From Lama guanicoe (Eukaryota), in contig MU054187.1 of NCBI GenBank assembly GCA_013239625.1, positions 7,536,358 to 7,600,357 on the forward strand: a stretch of DNA of 64,000 nucleotides, read 5' to 3'. Below, piece by piece: positions 46,721 to 60,100 of this stretch. Positions within the stretch are counted from its first letter, which is position 1. Every line of letters starts with the position of its first letter. Below the pieces are notes generated by a model. The model worked only from the letters and a program-made list of their open reading frames with translations, made no database searches and had not been told where the DNA came from. A program made the translations under genes and the position numbers.

Positions 46721-48937
46721 ATTTCATCCTGCCTTCCCAGGACTGCTGATGAGGTCTGACGGGGCAGCCCTGCTTCATTCCTGCATCAACGCGGCGAGGA
46801 GAGCCTGAAGGGCGGAAAGAACAGCCCCGCAGCCGCAGCTCCCGCGAAGGCCAGCCTGGAGGAAAGGCAACAATAGACCAAGGAGGAGATGGGAGCCTGG
46901 GGCTTCCTGCTTCCCTCTCTCTGCCTCCGTCTCCTTCTGTCTCTCTCCCCTCACTTCTCCCTCCTTCTCCATTCATCCCGTTGCTATTTCGCTCTCTCCG
47001 GAAAGCATCTTTTTCTCTTGCCGGCAGAGCATTTGTAACAAAGGAGAGCTGGAAGCCTCAGAGGATGAAGCGAAAAGTGTAGAGAGCTTTTAACTGCAGG
47101 AGTGAGAGGACATGAACACTCCTGTTAGGATGCAAATGAGAAAATCCTGGGAGAGTATGTATACCGACCTGTTCCGAGGGTGGGGGGAAATCTTTCTAGG
47201 GAAATCACCCATAAAACAATTTAGGAGCTGAAATAAAACCATTTTCCTGCAATTCATGTCCTTCTTATGCCGGGAAGTAAATAAATTTTCCCCAGGCATC
47301 TGCTAGTTACCCCACCGTTTGTGGTTCTTTCCCTGGGCTCAGGCTGCTTTTTTGCCTTTGGCTCCCAGACATCTCCTGGCCCCTTGAAATGATATCTCCT
47401 TTTCTGAGGCCAGGGAACATAACTCGGGCACACTCTCTTGCCCTGCTCCTCCAGGATCTGTCCTTTCCCGGCTGAGTTTGACAGATGGAACGGCATTCCC
47501 ACTGCCCTGGTCACGCAGCCGTCCTCACTCAGGTTCTGATGGCTGCATTATCCATCTGCCTGTGGACTGGGCAGAAGAATGGAGGGGGTGCACGATGGGA
47601 AAATACATTTAGTAGCCCCCCTTGGCACCTTGCTCTCTTCCCATGCTCGGTTAGTGCACACTACAGCTATTTATTTAGTCTGCAGTTTTCAGGGAAGCGA
47701 GGCGGTCAAGACGGGGTTTGAAGGCAAGCTGTCCTGTCTTTCCCTTTATGGTCTGCCTTCATTAGTGACATCTATCTCAGTGTCACAAATCATGTGAACA
47801 TTTTTATGAACAAATTGTTATCATATTTGCTGGAGACCACCACTCTTTCAAATTATTTTATAAATAGAAAAAGATAAACAAGCAGATCCACAAGTATGAT
47901 CTGCATTGCTTAAAGCCAAGTTTATTTCCAGAATTCGAACCTTCTGGGCTGTACGTTGCTCATTTTCCATGGCCTGCTGACCACTGCCAGTTTTCTAAGT
48001 CTTACAGCTTTCATGTAGTCCTAATAAAGGATTTTTTTGGTTTGTTTTAGGTAGATCATGTTTTGCTATATGGAGATATCTATCTATCTATCTGTCTATA
48101 AGATATATATATATATATATGCAAAAACAAAAAGGCTAAAATTAAAAAAACCCATTTTTTTGAAACACACAAACATGTGCCTGATTTCATGAGTCCAGGC
48201 CTGAATTCTGCCCCAACAAACTGATTTAGAACTGATTTAGAACAAGGATTTTGTAACTTGTAGTGCGTGTTTTGGTATGTGAACAAACCACTCAAGAGAA
48301 TGCCCATTGATAAGGAAAGGACTTACTATTGTTTGGTTTGGATTTCGTTTAGTTTTGTCTTGTTTAACTGCCTCGAGGTTATGGGCTTCCTATAGGATGG
48401 GTCAGTACTGTTCATCTTCACACCGCCAGCAGGCCTAGCTCAGTCCTTCTGCATAATAGTGTAGAATAATTGTTAGCTGAATAAAATTGAAAGCATATTT
48501 TAAAATGTTCCAACTTCAGTGGAAATAATATTTGGGAGTTGCAGAGTAGGGAGGGAAGACAGGAAGGTAAACTCCTGAAAGAGTGCTTAGCCCAATAATA
48601 AATTTAATTCCAAATTTTTACCACTCATTCCTGTACTTTATTATTATTGAGAAGAGAAAATATAGGAAACCACAAAATAGGCAAAATCAAGCTAGGAAAT
48701 TAAAAGACTCCTTAAGAAACACAAATGAACAAGGACACCCATCAGGCAAATAATGGAAGAATCAGCATTTTCAAGTGTATGAAGGAGGAGATAAATTTCT
48801 CTTTACAAGAACAAAAAAAGAAAAGGGAAAAATAATTGATAAACCTCTTTGTCTTCTAAGCTTTGGAAATGATACATAGCCCACTTACTTAGCTTTTTTT
48901 TTTTTTTCAGAACAAGAGAAAAATCCAATCAATTACC

Positions 48938-49055
48938 NNNNNNNNNNNNNNNNNNNNNNNNNNNNNNNNNNNNNNNNNNNNNNNNNNNNNNNNNNNNNNN
49001 NNNNNNNNNNNNNNNNNNNNNNNNNNNNNNNNNNNNNNNNNNNNNNNNNNNNNNN
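48938..49055. other. Assembly gap (118 N)
   Basis: Run of N, with a T-run shortly before it and an A-run directly after it. Confidence 1.
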
Positions 49056-49439
49056 AAAAAAAAAAACAACAAGCCACACTGAACAAGACAATAATCCCAA
49101 GAAGAAGGCAGGCTGAATAAATGGGGCAGCGACTTTGTGAAGTGAAAACATAAACTGTGGCCTTTGGTACTGGCTCCACACTCACTGGAGCTCATTTCCT
49201 GCAGAGACATGGCCTCCTTGACCTTGGCTAAGTGCATAAAGCGTTAACATACTGTATTAAGGAGTCACTGGCAGCCTCTCTGCCTTTAGGACTAAGTGGT
49301 GTTTTCCTTGTTGCTTTTACCTCTGATCTGTTCCTTGCCAATCCACTTCTGTGACCTCTTTAAGATATGGATAAAGCCTGCTCATTGTGCACAGACCCAG
49401 TGCAAACTTGTTGTCGATTGAAAAGGACATTAGGGAAGT

Positions 49440-50990
49440 GCTCTGAGCTTTAGCTTCCTTCTCGTTAGCGATTTGATAGTGATGTGCCTTGATGTCAGTT
49501 TTCTTCTTCTGTTTCTTGTGCTTGGGTCCCTTGAAGCTTTTTGCTGCTGTGGGTTTGTAATTTTCATCCAGTTTGGAAAAAATTTGGCCATTACCTCTTC
49601 AAATATTTTTTTCTGCCCCCTGCTCTTTCCTCCCTTTTGAGAACTCCAATTACACATATGTTAGGCCTCCTGAAGGTGTTCCACAGCTCACTGGTAACCT
49701 GCTGATATTTTTGTCAGTCTTTTTTCTTTTTTTCTTCTCTGTGTTCCTCTTTGGGTTGTTTCTAATATCTCTAAAATGTTTCTTTCCTCCATTTTCAAAC
49801 CTGCTGCTAATCCTATCCATTATATCCTTCCTCTTGGTCATTGTAGTTTCCGTCTCTAGAAATTGAATCTGGATCTTTTTCCCCTCACCCCTCCCTCTCT
49901 GTCCCTCTAGCTGTTTGACAACATGGAACACAGTTGTCATAACTGATTTCACGTCCTTGTCTGCTTATTCTGACATGTGTTAGTTCTGGGTCATGGCAGG
50001 TTACTGATTTTTCTTTGCATTATGAGCTTGTGTTTTCTAGCTTTTTTTCTTTTTCTTGCATGCCTGGTAATTTTGATGGATTGTAAATGTTGTCTTTTTT
50101 GGGCTCTGAGTAGTCATTTAGCCCTATACGTCTTCTTGAGCTTTATTCTGGGACTCCTTTAAGTTATGCAGGTGCAGTTTGATCAACTCTTGCTTTTAAG
50201 CTTTGTTAAGTGAGTCCGGAGCTGTGTTTTGTCTAGAGTTAATTTTACCCCATTACTAAGACAAGACGCTTATGAGCATTCTGCCTGATGCCCTGTGAAT
50301 CAAGAGGATCTCCAGTCTGACTGAGGGAGGGAGGGAGACACAGACATGTTCTGGGTATGTTTCCCTCTCATCTTCCCAAATGGTTCTTTTTTTTTTTTTT
50401 TAATTGAAGTATAGTCAGTTTACAATGCTGTGTCAATTTCTGGTGTATAACATGATGGTTCAGTCACACATATACACATGTATATTTGTTTTTATACTCT
50501 TTTTCTTTATAGGTTACTACAATTTCCTTACTTGGCCTGGAGTAGTTGCCTTACATGCATGAGCTGAGCAGTGCTCTGCTGAATCCATGAGGGGCCCCTC
50601 CCTCTGCCCATCACTGGGGTTTTTTCTCTCTGTGCAACTTTCTCCTCTCCTGTGCTCTGTCCTTGGAATTCTAGCCATTTTGTCCTCTAGACTTTGATCT
50701 CCATCTCCTCAACTCAGGGAGTCTGCTGGGTTCTGCTTGATTCCATTTCCCTCCTCCATGGCCTGGAAATGTCTCTCCAGGAAGTAACCACAGACAATGA
50801 TGTGACTCCCCTTGTTTATTTCTAGTCTTCCAGGGATCACTGCCCGTCACTGCCTGATGTCCAGTGCCTTAAAGACTTCTGTTTCTTATATTTTCTTCAG
50901 TAATTTTGGTGTTTAGGGTGGGAGGCATTTCAAGTGAATCTAATCCTTGTTATACCTTCTTGGCCAGAATCACAAGCCCTCAATTTTCTT
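49440..50990 (-). mobile_element. Old L1 5' region including an ORF1 remnant
   Basis: Minus-strand ORF 49430-49657 contains KIFEEVMAKFFPN...NPQQQKASRDPS...TSRHITIK, matching the L1 ORF1p motif IFEEIMAENFPNL...PQIQEAQRTP...TPRHIIIK. Confidence 0.85.
50387..50522 (-). mobile_element. Young L1 3' tail nested in the old L1
   Basis: 'ttttaattgaagtatagtcagtttacaatgctgtgtcaatttctggtgta'. Confidence 0.88.
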
Positions 50991-51532
50991 TTCTTTAAAA
51001 TGACACTTTAATTTTGGACTTACCTACAGAGTGAGATGATAAAGTAAGCTGTCTTTTTTAAATGTGATTACTTATCTTATGTATAGCCCATCTCCTTTCA
51101 AAGATTTATGGAGATAAAAAATACAAAAATCAGATAAGAAAATAATGTTGGAAGGTAAGATGAAACCAAGGCTGATATACCCAAAGTTTATCTTAATATT
51201 TCATTCAACTAAAATTATCGAGTGCCTGCTTTGTGTTGAGTCCCGGGCAAGGTGCTGAACAGGGCATGCCAATAGCGTTCTGTACTGTTGACAGAAAGCA
51301 TGCCGACTTTGTCATGTCCCCAAGATGACATCAACTGATAGCTCAGGAGAGGTGTAACTGCCTGAGAGTAAGGCTGAAATTCTTCCTGCGTGTTCTCCGA
51401 AATGGGAGCCATCTGATGCAGAGATTAGTTCTCTTTCCTTCACCCCTCCCTTCCCACTTGTACCCACATCAACAATTTGGCACTGCTAGAACAGCTTTAT
51501 GCTTTTCTAGGATTCTGTATTTTCACTCTTCT

Positions 51533-52328
51533 TTTTTTAATTAAATTTTTTTTAATTTTTAATATTTTATAATTTGTTAATTGAAGTATAGTTGATTGAC
51601 AATGTTGTGTTAGTTTTAAGTGTACAGCAAAGTGATTCAGTCATATATATACATATTGTATATATTCTTTTTTAGTTTCTTTTCCATTATAGGTTATTAT
51701 AAGAGATTGAATATAGTTCCCTATGCTATACAGTAAGTCCTTGTTGTTTATCTATTTTATACATAATAGTATGTATATGTTAATCCCAAACCCCTAATTT
51801 ATCCCTTCCCTCCTCTTTAACCTTTGGTAACCATAAGTGTTTTCTATGTCTGTGAGTTTATTTCTGGTTTGTAAATAAGTGTATTTATTTTTTAGATTCC
51901 ACATTTAAGTGATATCATATGGTACTGTCTTTGTCTGACTTTACTTAAATATAATCATCTCTCGATCTGTCCATGGTGCTGCAAATGGCAATAATTTATT
52001 CTTTTTTATGGCTGAGTAATATTCCATTGTATACATATACCAACATCTTTATTCATTCATCTGTCAGTGGACATTTAGGTTGCTTCCATGTCTTGGCTAT
52101 TGTAAATAGTGCTGCTGTGAACATTGGGGTAAATATATATTTTTGAATTTGAGTTTTTCCACATATATACCAAGGAGTGGGATTGTTGGGTCATAGGGTA
52201 AGTTTACTTTTAGTTTTTTAAGGAAACTCCATACTGTTCTCCATAGTGGCTGCACCAATTTACATTCCCACTAACAGTGTAGGAGGGTTTCTTTTTCTCC
52301 ACACCCTCTCCCGCATTTATCATTTGTA
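51533..52328 (-). mobile_element. L1 3' end (about 0.8 kb) with 17-bp TSD
   Basis: Typical L1 3' UTR and ORF2 end ('gctgcaaatggca', 'tggacatttaggttgcttccatgtcttggctattgtaaatagtgctgc'); TSD tgtattttcactcttct (51516-51532) / tgtactttcagtcttct (52329-52345). Confidence 0.93.
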
Positions 52329-52379
52329 TGTACTTTCAGTCTTCTGGTTCCTTCTGTCTGATTTCCCTTCAGTGCTGCT

Positions 52380-52640
52380 CTCACTTCCTCCAGGAAGCCT
52401 TCCTTGATCCCCTCATCAAGGCTTGATGCACATCTTCAGAGATTCTGGAGTCCTCAGGACTTAACTCTGGCCTAGCTCTTGTGCATTGGGTTATAATAAT
52501 TTGCTTGTCCGACTTCACTCCAGACTCTCAGCTCCTTAAAGGGAGGGTTGATATTTTAATTCTCTATTCCCAGGACCTTGGATACAATATTTGGCATATA
52601 ATCAATGTCAACAATGTTCAGTGAATGTATGGAATGAACC
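52380..52640 (+). mobile_element. L2 3' region
   Basis: 'tcacttcctccaggaagccttccttgat' and terminal 'ttggcatataatcaatg...gtgaatgtatggaatgaa'. Confidence 0.65.
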
Positions 52641-52906
52641 AATTAACCCTAAAATAAATAGAGGAGCTGGATTCAAAGGCATGATTCTCATGGTCTCTCA
52701 ATATTTGTTCATGGAATGATGCCAAGGCACAATTCAGGTGAGGCACATAACAGTTCAGGCACTCACCTAACTGGTGGTCTGGCCAGAGATGACATATTTG
52801 ACATTATTATTCTACTACTTCGAAGTTTTTTTAGGGCAAACTCTCTTAGTTTATGGGGTCCTTTTATAATTTCTCATGCTTATTTTTTTATATTACTAGT
52901 AATACT

Positions 52907-53270
52907 TGCTGTGAACTGAATGTCTGTGTCCCTGTGAACAGATTGAGGCTGAAATCCCCAGTGTGGTGGTATTTGGAGGTGGAGTCTTTAGGAGGTAATT
53001 AGGTCATGAGGGGGAAGCCCCCGTGAATAGGATCAGTGCCCTCATAGGAAGAGACAAGAGAGATGATCTCTCTTTCTCTCTCTCTCCACCATGTGAGGAT
53101 ACAATGACCATCTACATACCAGGAAGTGTGTCCTCACCAGACACTGGATCTGCCAGGGCTTTGCTCTTGGACTTTTAGACTCCAGACCCATGAGGAAGAA
53201 ATTTCTCCTGTTTAGGTATATATATATACCTAATATATGGTATTCTTTTGTAGCAGCCCAAACTAAGACA
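52907..53270 (+). mobile_element. MaLR solo LTR (MLT1A-like), complete
   Basis: TG...CA termini: 'tgctgtgaactgaatg' to 'tagcagcccaaactaagaca'; internal 'gtatttggaggtgg', 'taattaggtcatgaggg', 'ccatgtgagga'. Confidence 0.9.
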
Positions 53271-53899
53271 ACACCAGTATATCTTATTTTAGTAACAATA
53301 ATCATCTCATTAATAACCCATTTCCTGGAAGTAGCCCTCTCTCACTAGCACCCATTCTTTCTAGTATCTATGATACTGGTTATGCAGAAACCAGCAAGTT
53401 GCACAAATAAAATTTTCAAACCTTACAGAGCCCTGCGATCTTGACTTCATCTTTCATTCTACCACACCACATGCTTATATTGTCTGATATGATGATAACA
53501 ATTCTTCTGACAGGAAAATTTAGGGACTATTTTATTTGAATGACTAATAGCATAACATTTAAAGGAAATACTCACAGATAATAGAAAATGACCAATTTTA
53601 CCTTAAATTATAGATTAAAGGAATTTTGGTTTGCTTTGAAAGGAGGTGGATGTTTTTCTCCCCATATAATTAGAAGTAATGAGATGAAAGGGTACACACT
53701 GAGGCCTCTTCTGGGATGTATAATTTTTTTTCCCTGTCTGTTTTGGAGAAAGGATTGAGGGACCTTCCCCTACCCTGGGGAATTCTACGCCATTTTTCTG
53801 GCATAGAATCCAGTGGGCTGGGCCTGGCCAACACCTGCTTTTCCTGTTCTCTCTGAATCAAATCATGGTGATGGGGCTGACACTCTATGTCCCCAAAAC

Positions 53900-54645
53900 A
53901 GGCCATGTGCCAAGGACATCGGGTAACAAGACATGACCCCCTACTTCAAGGAGATGGAGATGGAATCACTGGGTCCCTGAGATGGGGGCCTAGTTTGTCT
54001 CATTTACTGTTTTAACTCCAGTGCCTACAACAGTGCCAGATCTAGGTACAGATTTTAGTGAGTATTTATCTGATGAGTGGATGGATTCTGTTACAGCTCA
54101 GCATGGCTGTAATATAAAGGGCAACCAAGTTAAGAAATTATGGAGCACATGTAATTAGCTCTGCCTGCAAGACTCCATGGAGGAGGAGGTGACATGTGAG
54201 CTGGGGCTTGAAGGCTGAGTAGAACTTTTTCAAGGAAAGTAGAAGAGGACATTTCAGTGGTTGTCAGACTGGTGAAAAAAAGAGTCCACTAAGGGGCTAG
54301 TCTTGTAGCCAAGACTAGAGAGGCTATAGACCTGGCTGAGGAAGTGTCAGTGGATTTGAAGAGGAGGCGGAGATTGAGGATTCATATGAAAAAAATAAGT
54401 CAGTGGCAGTTTGATGCTGACTTTTGTGCACAGTGGAGTCATGGAGGAGTCAGGGAAGCTCTGAGGAGGCCGAATGAAGGATGGAGGGCACGACGTCACC
54501 TCCTCACCCCTTTCCACCCCACCCATCTTTCACTCCCAGCTAGAACATAAGCTCCCCAATGCTGACTTGTCTTTTTGTTTACTGCTGAGTCTTCTGTATC
54601 TAGAATACTTAGCGGCACGTTCAATTTTTGCTGAATGAATGATTC
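53900..54645. mobile_element. Cluster of L2 fragments in both orientations
   Basis: L2 3' tails at about 53970-54085 and 54540-54642; antisense L2-like text 'ggaggtgacatgtgagctggggcttgaaggctgagtag'. Confidence 0.55.
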
Positions 54646-54969
54646 AAATTTTGCAAGCATCGTCTTCAAGGATGTTGGCGTTGTCTGGATGCTGCCTGCT
54701 TTGGTGAAATCTCACCGTTTTCCGTGTGGTCTGTAGTCCGGTAGGGGACACTTCTTTGTCCAAACTTTACTCAGTTTTCTGTACTTGTCCACTCTGCTCA
54801 GCTTGGTGTTTTGCAGCAAGCCCAGAGGTCAGAAGGACATTGTGAGCCAGAGTAAGACATTGTAGGGATAAGAAGTCTGACTGGACTCTCATAGTGGGAA
54901 TTCCGTATTGCCTTTGAACAGTCACGGACTGTCCGGACTGGAAGTGGCTTTCAATTATAATGATTCTCA

Positions 54970-55130
54970 TCACTAATATTTATTGAGAACCTAGAACCTG
55001 TTAGGAATTCTGCTTAGCACTTCATTTGGATTATTCATTCAATCTCCGTAACAGCTCAGTTTTATTCAACCTTTACAACGATCGACTATTATTTTTATGT
55101 TCAACTTGCAGATCGGAAAACTGATGCACA
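54970..55130 (-). mobile_element. MIR SINE
   Basis: 'ctaatatttattgagaacc...ttcattcaatctc...cagatcggaaaactgatgcacag'. Confidence 0.65.
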
Positions 55131-56759
55131 GTGTTGTTGTCCCCCAGCTAGGAAACCACCTGCTGTTTTCTAATAACAGCTAAGGAGACAGAGCAAGGGC
55201 TGAACATGACTGTAAAGATGTGATGGTCTAGAGGCCAGTCCAAGAGACGAGGACCTAAGGAAATCCCTCCTCCTGTGATACAGTCCTCATTTTCAGGCTC
55301 CTGCTTGTACCAGGCCAGCTGCTTGCAGGACACAGAGGTACTAATAGGTCTCAGTGCATCGTCAGACGCTGAGACCCCTTTGCTTGATGTTCTAAATTCA
55401 CCACCAGAAAGGAAGTGTTTCAATAATGACTCTGGGGTAAAGGTAGGTGATCAATCAGTCAACTTATGCCCCTTGGCATGAGAAAGTCAAATTCCTTTGA
55501 CATTCTGGGTTCTCAGGCATGAGCCCAAAATGTTGATGCCTGGTAAGTGTGCTTTTAGTTGAGATCAAACTCATGGCTCCAGAGAGCAGAAGGTCAGAGC
55601 ACTAAAATGGATGCATTAGAATTAAGCTGGCTTCCATCATAAAGCTTCATATAAATATTACACCCAGCTCTATAAGACACTCAGTGTTTGGTTTCTGAAC
55701 CTATTAATATATAATGAGGCTGCAATGTAATTAATATCGTTTGTTTTGATTTTCTGTTAAATCCGCTTTAGTAATAAGAATGCAAGGTAATTATTCAGAA
55801 AGCCTTTTCAACAAATGTCAGTTTTCATTGATTAAAAATCAAGTCAGTCCTTCATTTGAAATGATATTTACAAGCATGCTTTAAGCCGAAATGAATAATT
55901 ATCAGGTTATTGAACTGTAAGTTATCTGCAAAGAATTGTCTGCATCTTTGCTTTTCTTTTTTTTTTTGGTTTTATACTGAGGCTTCATTTCAAATAATAA
56001 CAGAGGACAAATCAGAGGGTGTTGAGAAGTAATGTCATGCTTCGGCTTTGAGGGGTTTTCTTTTCTTTATTTAATACTGAAGCCACAATTTCCCTCCTCT
56101 GTTGGTTGTAGATTCTCCAAAGCTGAGGTTTTGGGAGGCTAGAGACAAGCACTGTTGCTTGGGAGGGACGTGAAGCTGTCTGTCACCAGCCGTCCAGAGT
56201 TCCTCTGCTTCCCTGAGGTCCTGCGGTGGTGAGTGGTGATTGTGTTGAGCCAACTTGGGGATTTCTTTTGACTCTAAAATGGCTTTCTCTCCTACATATT
56301 TCTATTTCATTATTTTTACATAAAACAATGGGGAAAATAGTCTGTCATCTGTTATTCAGAGATGTGCCGAAGGTAATGTGAATTCAGAGCCATTTTTTTT
56401 TCTTCCGGACCTACAGAATGTGCACCACAAGATCCCCGACAACTTAGACTGCAGTGTATTCACGTCTACGAATAGATAGGGATGCGTAAGTCAAGTCATC
56501 AAAATCATGCACTGCATGGATTTAAAAATAATGTTCTTTGAGTGACTAGCTCTTATTTGATGTACTCCAACAAAATGACAAAAATCCACGACTGTCTGTC
56601 TTCTCCACTCACTTCTTTGTAATCCTTTGTTGCAAACACTCTTGTAGGTGCTTGAGACATGGCAACAAAAAAACTGCCCCAAGTGCCTACCGTGTGGACC
56701 TGAGTCACATCTGAGCCTGGGAGCCTAATAGTAATGAACACACATGTGAAGTATGGGGG

Positions 56760-57120
56760 GTGTCAGGTGGTGACAGATGCCGTCCAGGAAACTGAGCAGG
56801 GACGTGGATTGGGAGTTTTCGTTTGCAATTAGGTCATCAGAAAAGCCTTACTGAAAGGTGTTAGTTGATCAAAGCCTTGCAGAGTGTGAGAGAGAACCAC
56901 GTGCAAGTCTGAGGGACGAGCATCTCAGCCTCAGGGAACAGAAAGTGCAAAGGCCCTACTGTGGTGGGAGGCTGACTGTGGAAATAGGAGAAACAGCAGA
57001 AATAGGAGGTCAGTAGAGCTGCAGCAGGCACCAGAGGAGGAGACCAGAAGGAGACACCGGCAGCAGATCTCGTTGGAGAGTCGTGAAATGAAATACCTAC
57101 TTCCTGACAGCTCACATCTG
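56760..57120 (-). mobile_element. L2 fragment
   Basis: 'aggtcatcagaaaagccttactgaaaggtg...cagggaacagaaagtgcaaaggccct'. Confidence 0.7.
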
Positions 57121-60100
57121 TCATAAAAGATGCATTGTAATAACTTGAGGCTAGGAGGCTGTTGATCTGATCAGAAGCTGACGTCCTTCTTTCTGAATCT
57201 TTCTCTGTGATCATGAAGAAGCAAGCCACCTAATCAATGGCCATCACAATGGGGCCACTTCTACATCTCTGGGTTCCGGGATCTGGCTGGAATTTATCCC
57301 TGACCATGGCAACTAGGCCCACACTGATTGACAGTTTTTTTTAAGAGAGAAAGGAATAGGGGGAAAAATTAGAGATGAAAAGGATGACCATTTTGTTGTA
57401 ATTAAGAGCAGTGTTGGATATTATTGTATGAATTAAAGGTGATAAGGTTTCAAGGTGGAATTCTGAATTTTCTTCTACCTTATGCTATTTTGGCAATTGT
57501 CTTCATATGAAAAATAGACTAAATTTTTAAGTACCACACTCTTGACTGACACTCAGGATATTCTATCTCTCCTTCTGTGCCCCACCCCTTAGGTTCTACT
57601 TTCAATGGCAGGAGGAAGCCAAGTAACGTGTTTGGTTGAATGACTAGATGAAGGTGGTGGGAAGAGAGGGGAAGGGGACTAGAGTTTATTTGGTATTGAC
57701 TCTGGCCAGGCACTGCCCTCGGGCTTTGCGCACGACCTTCTCTGGTCCTCACGACTCTGAGGGAGGTGGAGAAGCTGCACAGCACTTCGAGCCATCTTCT
57801 CTGAGCTCTGACTCCATCGCACAGCCATGGAAGGAAGATTCCATTAAATGATAAGGTCGGAGAGTGTTAAGATGTGGAAGTTAGGATCCACATATATTAA
57901 TGGTGGCCATGGGGAAATGAAATGCCAGTTCAAGGTATTTTCCAATCGCATTTGAGAGAACACCCTCACCAAGCCCCTTTAGGGATCGGAACCGTCATTT
58001 CCCTCCAGTGCCAGGAAGCACTGCGTTCTTAGGTTATACATTGTAGTCTGCCAGAAGGACAGACCTTGAAAATATCAAAGGACCTGACCAGCAAATGATC
58101 AAAAAGTGTGCAATTAGGGTGGATAAGAACCCAGGAAATGTGAAGACCCTTCGTAATTCTATGGCATCAGAAAATTAAATTTCTGTAATAACAAATTACG
58201 ATATAATGAGGTCACATTAGTGGAATAAGAGGCCCAGATGCCTCAATGATTTAATCTCTCTTCACATAAGCTTGCATCGAATTTTAATGAGTATTTTGAT
58301 TGATAACATATTTAGTTCAAAATAGGTCTTTGAAGACAGCTGTAAGAGTATTAACATTTAAAAGATGCTATGATAAAAATTCATTTCATTAAGTAGCTGA
58401 TAAGAAAAAAATTACTGGATAAACCTGCTAGTGTCAGACATCCTGTTATGACCCATCTACTCCTATTGAGCAAAGAGACAGTAATGTATCTTCATTGGAC
58501 TATTTTTTGAACACTACAGGAACTCATTTTCCTGTTTTAAGATAAAAGCCAGGTGACACCAATGAAACAAGTACAGTAAATGCCTGGAATTCAGGAAGAG
58601 AGAATTTCAAGTAAAAGCAGCCTAAATATAAAATGGCTTTGATGCTTCAGCGCTTGGTAAAATTGCAGTGGCGCGGAGGGCTTCGGGATTACCCCGGTGG
58701 AACTGAAGGCGTGGACCAGCGCTGATCCAAGAGCAGCGCAATGTGAGCCACAGAGGCGGGCTGCATGTAGACTGCCACCTGATTAAAGCAGTAAGAGGTG
58801 TTGCTGTAATATTTATTTTCTGATTATGCTATCACATTTTCCCAAAACAGGGAGATGTAGAAAACATGTGGCTGAGGCCATAATTCCCATCCGAACAGAA
58901 ATCTTTTCAAAATCCTATCTTATGTCATCATTAAAATCCTCATAGGTAGAGTGTTAGAGTGAGGAAATGAAAGGTGACTGTGGACGTCAGTTTGCTCTTT
59001 TTCAAAAGACAAAGTTAGAAAGAAAGAAAAAAAAAAGCTTGATTTACAGGAGAATAGAAGCCCAACCGGTAGGGAGAGTCCCTGAAGCAAGTAACAGGAC
59101 GTGGGCAAGGACGCGGAAGGGTCTAGGTTCCCTGAGAGACAAAAATGAACTTTCTTCTTAGGTTAGAGGCTTAACGAGCTTTCCCCCGAGTCTGGAAACT
59201 CACACACTCCCAATTTGCAGTCATTAGCATATCATGGGCCAGCCCCCTTTTTAGTTTGTTAAATTGTGATAACATTTCAATAGAAGAAGTGGGAACCTGA
59301 CCTGCTGTTTTTCACTTCTTGCCTCATTTACATCCTTAAGGTTCAGGAAATAAAATGTAAGAAACGCATGACCTTTTCATTTCCCTTTCCAGATTTCCAA
59401 CGTTTTCTGGTAGCTTCGGTAGACTTTCTTGGAGAAACTGCACTCGGATGCTTATATAAGACACACGTGGAGAATGTGTCAACTGCTTTTTATAAAGACT
59501 AACTTCTTTCTGCTGGATCTTTACTCTGAGGGGTTGTCACATCTGAGGAGGCAGAACTCGACCCAGAGTGAGCTGTGTCACCACAGAACTCCAGTGTGCT
59601 GTGATGGGTCATGGTGAGAGGCTGCATGTGATCTCCAATTTACCTGCTTTCTAGGGAGAAGGGGTCATGTGGTGCTCCGGATGTGGTTCTGCTGAGGGTC
59701 TCACGAGTTTGTGTAGGAGAGTTTGGTAGAAGCTAAAGACCATCGCTCTTTCAGTGCTAAGATTTCTGAAGAAAAGGGGGCTACTCTGCCTGCAAGAATG
59801 TGGAGGGTGAGAATTACAGTTCAGCTTCTGCTCCAGAGAGAACAGGAACAGGAGGGTGGAGGAAGGAGCCCATGGCCGGAGACTGATGGGACCCATCCCA
59901 ACAACCATACGTATCTAGAATAAACTTCTTCCAAAAATTGGCGAAATACTTGAAATGAATAGATTTTTCTGGAAACCGTTGAAAGGGCAGAGCTGCAAGT
60001 CCAGAATGATGTGTGGAAGCAAATGAGACAGATGCTAAGAATGATGCAGTTGGACCTTCTAGTAAAATCGCTGGAGATTGGCAGGAATTGTGGGGCAATC

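Noticed and set aside
46746..46790. CTGATGAG, a hammerhead ribozyme core word
   Set aside because: No GAAA after a stem II and no stems I/III with a cleavage triplet.
48907..49237. ORFs spanning X residues
   Set aside because: Artefacts of the N gap.
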